The notes beneath the pieces were generated by a model. It worked only from the letters and a program-made list of their open reading frames with translations. It was not told the origin of the DNA and searched no databases. DNA of 64,000 nucleotides from Octopus vulgaris (taxonomy: Eukaryota), in the NCBI GenBank assembly GCA_951406725.2, contig OX597814.1:47430001-47494000 (forward strand). Reading direction: 5' to 3'. Below, one piece after another: positions 52,233 to 64,000 of this stretch. The position numbers were made by a program, and so were the translations under genes. Within the stretch, counting starts at the first letter, position 1; every line of letters starts with the position of its first letter.

Positions 52233-52443
52233 TAGTTTACTGTTTCATTATAGGTAGGATCAACAAAGAAAAAAGTACTCCATCCACTGACAGATAAGTA
52301 TCATTTAGTATACACAGTATTTAAATAAGAGGTACTAATGGTTTGATGCTGTGATCCTGTTTCCACAGATGAAACTATTAGTGACCCTTATTTAAATACT
52401 GTATGTATGTATATATATATTTGTGTGTGTGTATATATATATA

Positions 52444-52693
52444 CTTTATTTAAAGCAGCAGAAATTCAACAAAATCTGTTACTCTGAGTTTCTCATTGCC
52501 GTTCATCAGACAGTTTTTGCTAGAAAACTGTCTAGCAAACCGTCTAGCAAAAACTGTCTGATGAACGGCAACGAGAAACTCAGAGTAACAGATTTTGTTG
52601 AATTTTCTGCTGCTTTAAATAAAGCATATTACTCTACCACTGGTATTTGAGTACTCTTTTTTCCACCTTGTTTCACATTTATGTGTTTACTCC

Positions 52694-52695
<2 letters not shown>
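52444..52695. mobile_element. Inverted-dimer hammerhead element, second locus
   Basis: Arms 52444-52524 and 52543-52624; the long unit continues to ...TTTACTCCGG (52695); flanked by (TA)n on both sides. Confidence 0.85.
52554..52591 (+). ncRNA. Type I hammerhead ribozyme motif (mirror copy on the minus strand at about 52476-52513)
   Basis: ctgt-CTGATGA-A-CG(GCAA)CG-A-GAAAC-(TCAGA)-GTA-acag; canonical CUGAUGA and GAAA boxes; stem I extendable (aaaactgt/acagatttt). Confidence 0.72.
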
Positions 52696-52771
<76 letters not shown>

Positions 52772-53314
52772 AACTTAATGTCGTAAGCTAAAAATAAAGT
52801 GTGGCAAATTAAAATTAATATATTGAAATTAAAATTCTTAAGTATTAATGACATCTTTTTACAAAAGAAGACAAGGGCGATAACGTCTGCGAGTTAAAGC
52901 GATTCAAAATTAAAGACGTTGTGAAGACTGAGGCTGACCTTTAGTGAGTATAGCGAGTCGACATCGTTCCTTAAACTTTCTTCCCTTGACACCCCTTTTT
53001 ACCAGATGAATTTTCTCACGACCCTTTTTCATTGCTACAAAATTCAACTAGAATATCCATGTAATTATAGCCTTTAAACGTTACGGCCTTTTGACTACAT
53101 AGCTAAAAGACTATAGTGAAAACCCCCATAGGTTAATTGTCAAAAACAATAAATGAGTGTTTATATTCTTATGTTGAAGTATCGCCCGTGTTGTGTAAGT
53201 TTCGTCAACGAATCTGCTATATTGCCCTGTCAGTGTTATAAGTGTTGGAAAATTACTAATAAATAGCAAGCTAAAATTCAGAAAATATAAAATAAAATAA
53301 TTTAGATATAGATA

Positions 53315-53785
53315 CAGGTATGGCTGTGTAGTTAACTGGCTCGCTTCGTAAACAGGTGGTTTCAGGATCAATTCCATTCCGCAGCACCTTAGGCAAGTAT
53401 TTTCTATTATAGTCCAGGCCGACTAATGACTTATGAGTGAATTTGGTAAACGGAAACAGGGTAGTAGACAGTCGTATGTACATACATACATACATACATA
53501 ATACATACATACATACATACATACATACATACATACATACATACATACATCTGTATATGTATGTATGTATGTCAATGAGTGTGTATGTGTCTTTGTATTG
53601 TCTCTATCCGCTGCCTAGCGACTGGTGTTTATTTACGTTCCCAGAACTTAGAGGTTCGGCAAAACAGACTGATAAGATAATACTAGACTTTAAAAATAAG
53701 TAGTGGGATCGAATTTTTCGACTGAACCCTTCAAATTTGGGCTCCAGTATGGCCGCAACCCAATGACTGGAACAAAAGATAAGAT
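53315..53785 (+). mobile_element. CORE-type SINE (OR-like) with an expanded internal (TACA)n
   Basis: Head, CORE and tail all recognisable. Confidence 0.8.
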
Positions 53786-54244
53786 ACAAGAGCACACGAA
53801 ACTTTGTTAATAAACAAAAGATATATTTTATGGATATCCTTAGTGGAATGGGTGTGTTTGTTTGTTTTAACACAATACATCAGTGCCTTTGATATTTGTC
53901 AGTGATATTCTGAAGAGAATTTCTATGTTCTTAACAGCTGAGCAGTGTTTTATCTTTATTGCCACATAAATTAAGTAGAAGAAAAGCTGCCATTGCTAAT
54001 TCAGTTAGTGTTAGAAATTCTGATTTGCTTTCAACCATTCAAAAAAACAAAAAAACTGTTGGAATTTGTTTATGAAAATTCGTGATCAATATTTGAATCG
54101 TACGACAAGCTTAGAAAATTATTCTTGAAATTTCGGAAAATGACGTTTCATGTTTCAATAATTCCATTGCTACAACGAATAGAATTTAGACCAATTTCAT
54201 TGTCCATGTCTGATTGCTATGTCCAAACTGCAAATGGAACTGAC

Positions 54245-54400
54245 ACCATGGTTGTATGGTAAGAAGTTCGCTTACAAACATTGGGTTCCTGGTTCAGTTC
54301 CACTGCGCAGCATCTTGTGTAAGTGTTTTCTACGATAGCCCCGAGCCAACCAATACCTTGTGGGTTAAATTTCGGAGACGGAAACTGTGTGAAAGTCCGT
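54245..54400 (+). mobile_element. CORE-type SINE, 5' half
   Basis: 'tggtaagaagttcgctt...ggttcagttccactgcg...agtgttttctacgatagccccg'. Confidence 0.75.
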
Positions 54401-54429
54401 CACACACACACACACACACACACGCACGC

Positions 54430-55275
54430 ACATATGGGGAGATGGGGGCTAGTCGATTACACCGATCCCAGTGAGTCACGGGTACTTAATTTATCGACCT
54501 CAAAAAGATGACAGGCAAAGTCGACCTCGATGGAATTTCAACTCAGAACGTAGCGACGGGCGAAATACCGCTAAGCATTTCATCCGGCGTGCTAACGATT
54601 CTGCCAGCTCGCCGTCTTCATTGCTAAATAATAATGATAATATTAATCCTTTTTACTATAGGCACAAGACTTGGATTTTGGGGGGAAGGGGGATAATCGA
54701 TCACATCGACCCCAGTACTGCACTGGTACCTTTATCGACCCCGAAAGGATGAAAGGCAAAGTCGACCTCGGTGTAATTTCAACTCAGAACGTAGCGGCAG
54801 ACGAAATACCTATTTCTTTACTACCCACAAGGGGCTAAACACAGAGAGGACAAACAAGGACTGACAAACGGATTTAGTCGATTATATCGACCCCAGTGCG
54901 TAACTGGTACTTAATTTATCGAGCCCGAAAGGATGAAAGGCAAAGTCGACCTTGGCGGAATTTGAACTCAGAACGTAACGGCAGACGAAATGCCTCTAAG
55001 CATTTTTTCCGGTGCGATAACGATTCTGACAGCTTGCAGCCGTGAGATTGCCTAATTAATGGTTTCAAATTTTGGCACAGAGCCAGCAATTTCGAAGGAT
55101 GGGCTAAGTCGATTACATTGACCCGAGTACTCAACAGTTTACTTATTTTATTGACCTCCGAAAAAATGAAAGACAACGTCGATCTCAGCGGAATTTGAAC
55201 TCAAAACATAAAAACGGACGAAATACCACTAAGTATTTTGTCCAGTGCAGCAACGAGTCTGCCAGTTCACCGTCT
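54430..55275 (-). mobile_element. Tandem cluster of four second-family SINE units
   Basis: 'ttatcgac...gatgaaaggcaaagtcgacctcg...aactcagaacgta' repeated at about 54490, 54730, 54915 and 55150. Confidence 0.9.
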
Positions 55276-55591
55276 TGTCAGTACATGATTTAAAAAATGA
55301 CTTATATGCAAGTAATCATCTGATGGCGAGCAACCTGTGGTCAGCAATTTTTATCGAGTATATAACTATGTTCATTTATAAAGAGGATTTGTTGAAATTG
55401 TAGAAGAAAGGGTGCGATAATTGAAGTTTGAGAAGCATTGTAATATAGTATACTGCATTTGGCTTTACTTCGTTTTCGTATCCTCAATTCCTGATGGAGT
55501 CAGAGGCGCCGTCATGGCACACGATGTGCCTTAGGTATTTTTGGATGGACCGCTTCACTTTTTTGGACCTGACCATAGTCAGTTTTTGCTT

Positions 55592-55593
55592 GA

Positions 55594-55656
<63 letters not shown>
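55592..55656. repeat. (GAAA)n microsatellite
   Basis: Directly visible. Confidence 0.95.
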
Positions 55657-55657
<1 letters not shown>

Positions 55658-56020
55658 CTCTGAAAGGATGAAATACAATGTTGAACTCAGTGGGATTTTA
55701 ATCCCTGACGCAGGGTAAAATATCGCAAAAGCAATCTATCCGACGCTCTACCGTCTCATATCGTACATCACATACAATCGAAGGCTCAATGAGACCCAGG
55801 CTAGCACAAACCGAGCTTCCTGTCCTTGTTTGCTCTCTACAAATAATCTAACACCATCCCATCATTTCCTGTTGTACAAGATCAATACTTTTATTATCCA
55901 GTAATGAGACCGCCATGATCAATAGCTAGAAATTCTTCAGTCGTTACTGCTTGAAATAGCAGGCGAACCTCCCTCAAATCAAACCAGTCTGCCCCCTAAA
56001 AAAACCACGTTGGGCAACGT

Positions 56021-56066
<46 letters not shown>

Positions 56067-56476
56067 TGTGTGTGTGTGTAAATATAAACAAGATAGTCAT
56101 GAATGTCTTGGAATGTCTTTGATCATAGATCTGCTCGTGCAAGTTTGGCTCGGGGCTAAACAACAACAGCGATTTCCTGTTTGTAATAGACGGATATTGA
56201 CACATCAAAAGTGCAGACCGATTTTAAACTACTTCAGAAAAAGCAAAGAAAATTCTATAAAATGAGAAGACAACTGACGCCAAGTCACTGCAGCTCCCCA
56301 TAGTTGTAAACTTATTTATTCGCACGTAAGAACTTAATTGTACCAAAAAAGCGAATTCTAAAATTCCTGTATTTCGTTATTTTTGTTGTTGTTGTTGTTG
56401 TTGTTGTTTAAATCCATGCCAGCTTTGATCGAGTAAATCTATGATCAAAGACATTCTATCTATGGCCATCTCTCCG

Positions 56477-56518
<42 letters not shown>

Positions 56519-56885
56519 TATGTGTGAGTGTGTACAGAGAATCCAGGAACATGCTTTTCAACATGTTCATTTCTAAGACAAGACAATGGTAGTGTGGGCT
56601 AAGAGATTCGGCTGCTATTGCAAGTAGGTCCGAGAAGCCACGTAGAGGCTCTCTTTTTATTGTTATTATTTTATGCCTCCACTCCACCCCACCTCAACCA
56701 CACCGATCAGCTTTCATTGAGCATCTCTATGATGGAAGGCGTTCCATCTATGACCATTGTGTCTTTTCCCCTAGTACAGTGCATCTATGACAATCTGTCC
56801 TTCTTTTCTAAAACGATTAGGTGAGATTGGAAGAAATTTAGCTGCAGTTTTTGGTAAGTCGATTGACTACGGTGTAACTCTATTG

Positions 56886-57048
56886 TAGGGCCGTCTTGAA
56901 AGCATTATACCCCCTTTTCCCCGATCAAAGCAATGCACTGGAGACCCCACACACACAACCACAGCATACCTATATTAGCATTGGATCCCTTCACTCTTGG
57001 TCCCCACTTCGGTGATTGCCCCTTATGTCCATACCTTAAGACGACACG
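56886..57048. mobile_element. Small hAT-like MITE
   Basis: Ends 'agggccgtcttgaa' / 'ttaagacgacac'; internal 'ggtgattgcccc'. Confidence 0.5.
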
Positions 57049-57487
57049 GTCCCCTAGTTGTCTAATTTTCTCTCGTTATTTACGAGTTGTCCTGATAGAG
57101 CTGATCAAAAGAGTTCCAGCTGTTGCAATACTGTCATATTTTCAGGAACAGCGCCTCTAAGAATACATTTTTCAATGTCTCCTTCCTTCTGTCCAAGACA
57201 GTGGAACGTAATTTTGGGGAAATTCGCCTATTTTTCTATTAAATCGAATGACTGGATAGCGATTCTAGTCCTTATCATAGACAGTTTATAGAGTAGTACA
57301 GATCTTGTTATTTGTAATTCTTTACCACACAAACTACAAAACAAGGACGATTCCAAAACGCAGAGCACAAGTTAACACGTCAAATACATAACTAAACAGA
57401 ACTACAGCGAACTATAGAACTAGAGGAACGGTGTAAGAAATCGTTACCAAGGCTGGCTATACTGTACCAATCGTACAAATATAAGGT

Positions 57488-58027
57488 TGTAACGGGAACT
57501 CGTTGCTTCTTACACTTTTGGGGTGCAACTCAGGTGCAACACAATTTCCGTTCTTTAATTTCCAGAATCTACCAGTCAAGGAACACGAACGCAACCTTAA
57601 AAATATATATATTCTTTATTTTCTTATTCACAGAAAGAAGTAAGGTGGTATATTGGTATCCACTTGGTTCTGGTGTGGCAAGGCTGAACTTTAACACTTG
57701 TAAGAATCTTACAAGTTCAGCAGCAAAACAGAGCAGGTCAAATCTTAGCGTCCAGAGACAGCGGAGAAAAATAGGTCTGCCACCATCTCGTATGAAGGCG
57801 TTCTGCTACTGCTGCTGTGCCCTTGTTAAGGGAACGCTGTCCCTCGCCTATCAACTAATGCCACATCAGCAATTCCTTCTTCAGTCTTCCCGCATGTCCG
57901 AGAGGGCACTTCCCTTCTGCCTTTCCAGAAGGCTCCAAACCCGCACACGCACACTGAAGAAGGACGTTCCGCACCCGCACACTGAAAATGACGTTGCGCG
58001 CGCGCACTGTTGAATAACGTCACTACA
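57488..58027 (-). mobile_element. Solo LTR (540 bp), probably Ty3/Gypsy
   Basis: TGTA...TACA termini; perfect 4-bp TSD AGGT (57484-57487, 58028-58031); AATAAA on the minus strand near 57615; GC-rich U3-like part with TGACGT motifs. Confidence 0.82.
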
Positions 58028-58153
58028 AGGTCATGACCAAAACCACACTAATAAGTGGACAGTGGCTAAAACTTTCTGTAAATTGAACACTGATTAATCT
58101 TGACCACTGGCATATTATTTTCTTATTGGTATTTGTATAAATTTGTAATCTGT

Positions 58154-58173
58154 ATAACAACAACAACAACAAC

Positions 58174-58244
<71 letters not shown>

Positions 58245-58301
58245 CAACAACAATAACAACAACAACAACAACAACAACAACAATAATAATAATAATAATA
58301 A
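58154..58301. repeat. (AAC)n/(AAT)n compound microsatellite
   Basis: Directly visible. Confidence 0.95.
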
Positions 58302-59049
58302 GTGGGGACAGAATACAAAACAGAAACAAACTACACTGGTACACTGATCTCAAATCAGCAGAAATGGTCAAAGTGACGAAAACAAAACAAAAAATAAATA
58401 AAAATAATAAAGCAATATGAAACTACAAAACATACTAAAGAAGAAATGGAGAGAAATTAAAATGGCAAGGAAATAAGAAATTGTGTCATGACCTTCATTA
58501 GCTTACTGCTGTTTCCGCTATAAGATGCAATACACTCATAGTTGAGTGTTTGAGTATCACCGTATAGCTTCATCGGAACTTCAAAAAACAACTGTAAGCT
58601 AATGAAGTTCATGGCATAATTTCTCATTACTGCGCTCGCGAGTGTGTAAATGTATATATGTAAATATGTAAATATATGTAAATATGTAAATATGTATATA
58701 ACATCAGTGTTGTTCTCTGCAAAACTGTAAGACATGGAACACATCATATACAAATGAAGGTAAATAACAAACCCGATTTTATGAAATAAGTCTTATCTTT
58801 ATGAGAGACAGCTGGAAAGATTGTACATACACGATATATGTACATATATGTAGATATACATGATATATGTATCCTACTTCAGTTATAAGCTTTTATTTTT
58901 AAAATTAGGTACCAGGGTTTGAATATCAGAAGTCGCCTCTAGTATATCTATATGCATACATAAATAAAGACACACATGCACAAACACACACATACACTCG
59001 CGCGCACATACACACGCATGTACGCACACACACTCACACAAATATATAT

Positions 59050-59490
59050 CATTGTATCACTGTATCAACCGGACTATCAGATGTTTTAGACATCGATAGT
59101 CACAATGCGCTTCCAATCCTTTCCTGCGCCATTCTTTTTCGTTTTGCCCCAAAAGCATTTACCTAGTCGTCTTCTTGTCATCGTGGAGCCCTTCCGAAAT
59201 AGCCTTTTCCTATCTCTTGGATACCACTTGGCAACTGCACAGGTCCACCTGCTGCCTGTGAACCTTGCGACACACAAGCACACACACACACACACGCACA
59301 CACACATACACACAGAGTTATCACTGACAATTGGTTAGAAGATCTGCCATTCCACTTCTCTCCACTTTCACTCGCGGAGAGGATTGGGACCGTTTCTGTC
59401 AGCAGCGTTGACTTTGAGCTTTCGCTTGAGAATCTGGGACTTTCAGGGTACCCAAGTATTAGCATAGATTTTCTAAAACCTTAAATTACA
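59050..59490 (-). pseudogene. RTE LINE remnant (ORF2 C-terminus and 3' tail)
   Basis: VARFTGSRWTCAVAKWYPRDRKR..GRAPR matches the RTE motif DNRWT..V.EW.PR..KR..GRP..RW; the tail is shared with the SINE at 43564. Confidence 0.72.
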
Positions 59491-59599
59491 TTTTTGAGAA
59501 GCGACAGTGTACCTAGATGTCCATTGCGCTGCACTGTTTATGAACCAGTTTGGTATAATCCATATATTTATTTTAATATTGATCTCGGTTTTTAACTTA

Positions 59600-60122
59600 C
59601 CGTAAATCCTCGAGTATAGTCCACCCTTGAGTATAATACGCAAGGGATTTTTAGGGGGCTGTACCTCTGAAAAACCTAAACCTTGTGTATAATACGCACC
59701 TCTTCTCTAACTTGAGTCGTGCGTAATTAAGCCAGCAGCATCTAGTCAAGAAACACTTCCGTGCATGCGTAATACAATAATGGTGATGTTCTTAACTGTT
59801 ATATGGGAATGTAAATATGTTTGCAAATTGTTTTTGTTAAATGTTATTCTGTGTTCTGAATACTTTTATTTTAATAAATGTTGCTTACTGCAAGATATGG
59901 ATGATTCTTTTATGACGTCATTGCTTTCAGGCTTAGCATAAGGTATTTTCGCGCCCAACACCACAAAATGCGTCTGAATAAACATTGCCGGACAGCAAAT
60001 AGAGACTCGGACATTGCTTAGAAAATATTTTTTCATTTTTAACCTCGTATATAGTACGCACTAGGGATTTTGACCTTTAAATTTGGGGGAGGGAAATGCG
60101 GATTATACTCGAGGATTTACGG
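59600..60122. mobile_element. Tc1/mariner/pogo-type MITE
   Basis: TA|CCGTAAATCCTCGAGTATA ... TATACTCGAGGATTTACGG|TA; subterminal 'gtataatacgca' repeats. Confidence 0.9.
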
Positions 60123-61479
60123 TAGTTGTATTTCCCTTTGTATAACCTCTCCCCACTTTCTCTCTCTATATATATATGTATGTATGTATTCACACACACA
60201 GATGTGTATACACACGCTAGTGCGCGCATTCATACGCTAATACCCGTACATCTATAAATACGTATGTAAAAACGTAAATACATAGCAAAGTCAGTTAACA
60301 TATAATCTATCAAATAAGTAGGACACCAAAGATTTATAAAGAAATCGGAACCTTTGAAGCTCTGTTTTTATATATTTTTGTCAAGGGTATTAATGACATT
60401 AGTGACGCAGTTCCGACTGACAATTGAAATCATCTAAGCTGAATATTTAACGTATCACAATATGCATATGTCCGCGTGTAGGATATTATTGACGTTGACG
60501 AAAATAGGCTAGATTAGGCATAGATTAATTGGCTTTAAATTAACTTACCTAATGTTGACATCTGTTTATAGCAACATTATCAATATGTAGCCCCACTATA
60601 TGACTTCACATAACTGAGCAAAGTGAAAGTTGATTACGATTCCAATTTGCTCTGCTTATAGCAGTTAGTTGTGTCCCTTTTCGTTTTATGTTCGAATCTT
60701 GTCAGGCCTTGTATTACCCTTCATCCTTTGCGGGTTGATCAAATAGCAAACACCCAATCACTGATGTTCGTTTTAAATTGTGACTTAGTACTGATGTCTG
60801 AAATCATGATTTATTTAAAAGATAGTCATTAATATGTTTTTTTCTATTAATTTTTAATTTCTTCAAATTACTTCTTTCCCTTGTGTATATCACTATCAAC
60901 TGCTGTTAGGTTCTTGCTTTCTTTGTCTCTCAAGGCGGCTAATTTCAATTCATCGATAATTTTCTTTTTCCTTCTTATTTTTTTGCGTTTGTCATTAAGT
61001 GTAACATCACCTGCTTCAATGTACGTTTTATAGACGAGTCTAAAACTATGGGAAACGTCCTCGTTTTTATTTGAAGCATAACAAACATGATGATATAAAT
61101 TGGCTTTAACCAGCAGTTGGGGAAAATTCGCTGAGAAGTGGGGTTTACCTTTTGCTGGACAGCATTTGACACACCCTAATCGCACTGTCAACGTTAATTC
61201 AGTGTTAATTGCAAACGTTGAAGAACAAGCGACAACCCCTCACCGAGCTGAGACGGCAACGCGGTTTCACTCCACGAAATGTTTTACACTCGCTTCACCA
61301 TACCACCTTAAAATGCAATGCTTTAACGTGCAAGCAAAAAAACAAAAGAAAAAAGAGAAAAAAGAAAGATAAAAGAAAAAAAAAAGAAAGAAACGATTAC
61401 TGTGTGTTATTGCTAATATACCAGTCAATCAAGTGTACGGAATCTTTTGCAATCCTCAACTCTTTACATCAAATAATTT

Positions 61480-62950
61480 CGCCCTCCTACACGCATTCCT
61501 GACAGACATACATTCCAAACATTCTTGATCTTGTTCTCACCTTCAATCCCAACCTCTACCAGATCACTACCATATACACTCCTATATTGGATCGTCCAGT
61601 ACCTACCCTATCGCGACTATCCAACATATATCCATATGGTACGCAATACCTCCACCTCCCTCACGAACCCAGTAGAATTTCGAGCAAGCAGAGTGGACAT
61701 ACATTGAACAGTTCTGTGCTAACTATCCTTGAGCGTACATGTACTTCACTTCTGACCATCAGAAACAGCTGCATGTGTAACTAAAACCGTCATATTAAAC
61801 ATACTCCCTCACAAAGCACACACAACAAGAGCTCTTTTCAAATCCCTGAGTGGTTCACTCATAGCTACACTGCAGCAGATCGAAAAGAAGAAAAAGAAAC
61901 CGGCGATCTACAATGCATAAAGAAAATTACCCATCCTACAAAACGGACGCCTCTTACCCAACACCGTAATTTTTACAAGACCATCATCCAAACCACGAAG
62001 AATCTCTCCATGACTCGCAATTCCTTTAACCTAACCTGCATCCAGTACTGCAGCTAAATTATTTTGATCTCTTGTTAAAAAAGCTCTAACAACTTTACAG
62101 AAATCTCTTTTCCACCACTACCCAAACATGATGGGTCAATGAGCTGTACTGACCACGAAGAAAGCCTCGGCATTTACTGCCCACTTTTCATCCAATTCCA
62201 TACCAGACACAGTAAATCTTCTCAAAACTATCTCCTACTCCATTAAGTTCACCGCCATGCAAACACACACACCAAATACACAAATACCCTCGGTCGTTTC
62301 AAATTAGTGAGTCTACGGCCTTTAAAATGTCCCTTCCATTATCCGCAAACAGTACACCTCAGAGTAAGCCCAAATTGTCATCAAACTTTTCAGTCTCTAT
62401 CTCTCTCTCCCTCCCTTCCCCCTCTCCCCAGTTACTTGCAGTTCCCACGAGATATAGCTATTTCTTTACTAACCACAAGGGGATAAACACAGAGGGGACA
62501 AACAAGGACAGACAAACAGATTAAGTCGACCCCAGTGCGCAACTGGTACTTATTTAATCAACCCCGAAAGAATGAAAGGCAAAGTCAACCTCGGCGGAAT
62601 TTGAACTCAGCGCGTAGCGGCAGACGAAATACCGCTTAGCATTTTGCCCGACGTGCTAACGTTTCTGCCAGCTCACCGCCTTACCCACGAGATATAGCAT
62701 TGAACACATTCTGAAACGAAGGCACAACAACTTAATCTCTTCCAATTGCTCAAAGATACAATGTTTATGCATATCAGAGAAACAGTTCACCTCATCTTCT
62801 CAAGTCTTGAACAACACATAACTAAAGCGCTCAAAATATCTACAAATGCTAGATGGTATTTCTGTAACAGACACGTAAATCCTACATTGCATCAAAACGT
62901 TGACCATTCGCTTGATTAGCCACAGATACATGGTTTCCTCTCTTGCAAGA
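61480..62950 (+). pseudogene. Highly degraded Jockey/CR1-like LINE ORF2 remnant
   Basis: About 62040-62200 translates to KLF*SLVKK.SNNFTEISFPPLPKHDGSMSCTDHE.KASAFTAHFSSNS, resembling the EN-RT linker 'FWSL.K...NF..SSFPPL...DG.....EKA..F...FS.NS'; C/A-rich strand bias. Confidence 0.55.
62459..62683 (-). mobile_element. Second-family SINE, full length, with perfect TSD
   Basis: 15-bp TSD CCCACGAGATATAGC at 62444-62458 and 62684-62698. Confidence 0.93.
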
Positions 62951-63469
62951 TGGAGCAAACTTGTTCAATAATATCGTTAATACAGACTACAGCAATAGCA
63001 GTTTAATTTGTGCCAATCAGCGAGGTAGAACTACATATCATATAACATCCTTCTGCTAAGTGGAAGTCTATAAAAAATGTCTAAAAAACGAAAACCACAT
63101 GTTAACACAAACTTATTTCATTTATAAAATCCCATATTGTTTTGACATTAAAACTGAAAACTGAATTTGATGAGAACCACGATGGAATTTTTTTTTTTGT
63201 ATTCGAACATTGTCCATGACCCCTGATAAACGGTGAATCCACACGACTTGATAGGTGGGAATTCAAACCGATATTCGGTTATTGAAGATAAAATGCATTA
63301 CCATTCAGCTATCATTTGATATAAATAATTATAATATTACCATAGCGCTACTGTAACCTTGTTACAGGCCATTAACATCCAAGCCAGGCTTTATGAAATA
63401 AAATCATTGGTGCGTTATTTGCAACTTTTCCTCTAGCATTGTATGTGCGCATGTGTAACATGGATACAT

Positions 63470-63609
<140 letters not shown>

Positions 63610-64000
63610 GTGCGTGCGTAAAAATGAGAAAACAGTGTTTGAGCAGCCGCACACATGAGTCAATGATATATAGTTTTACATTTTTTTAAGCTTTCAAGTC
63701 GCCACAAAACATTATATATAAATGAAAGTTTTTAACATCTAACTGGAATTAAATTGAATTCCAGGCCATAACTACAGAGACATCTCGTTGACATTACTAA
63801 ACTCTAAATGTCGACTTCACCTTGGCTGATTTCTGAAAAGCTGTAAAAGAAATTTGATCAAAGTTTTATTTCTTTTTTATTTTCAGTTAATTTATCTGTG
63901 CATTGATGTTTGAAAGTTATTTTTATTTTTTATAGCAAAAGTTTTACAAGAAACTGTAAAAGCGAAGCGTAAATGTTATCGTATCATACAGCTGCGATCC

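Noticed and set aside
51939-52257. MYVC/IHTY-repeat ORFs, and similar CV, HT, LL and II ORFs at 6480, 9678, 58023-58420 and 63372-63689
   Set aside because: Microsatellite artefacts
57534-58013. 159-aa plus-strand ORF / possible host gene promoter or structured ncRNA
   Set aside because: Lies wholly inside a TG...CA element with a 4-bp TSD, so a solo LTR explains it better; no recognisable protein motif
59178-59465. Ser-rich 95-aa ORF as a host exon
   Set aside because: Crosses a (TG)n tract and overlaps RTE ORF2 motifs

Overview
AT-rich, microsatellite-dense eukaryotic DNA. The repeat families (tRNA-derived CORE-type SINEs, RTE LINE 3' ends with (GAT)n tails, TTAGGG-bearing MITEs) point to an octopus or other coleoid cephalopod; this is an inference. 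I cannot support any intact host protein-coding gene, so the window reads as a large intron or intergenic stretch. The long ORFs in the track are microsatellite artefacts. The recognisable coding remnants all come from transposons: one MULE, two DD37D/maT Tc1-mariner copies, several RTE LINEs, one NeSL/HERO-like fragment and one Jockey/CR1-like fragment. There is also a 540-bp solo LTR, a Helentron-type HINE, and hAT, piggyBac and Tc1 MITEs. The most striking unexplained structure is a set of short non-coding elements from at least four sequence families that carry type-I hammerhead ribozyme motifs and sit in (TA)n/(CA)n tracts. Several of these are built as head-to-head inverted dimers with a ribozyme on each strand (Penelope pLTR/retrozyme-like). 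Also notable are a 647-bp fold-back element with a telomere-repeat core, two related MITEs, and two non-repetitive blocks with clustered TCF/LEF sites. Everything was read by eye, so the boundaries of degraded repeats are approximate.
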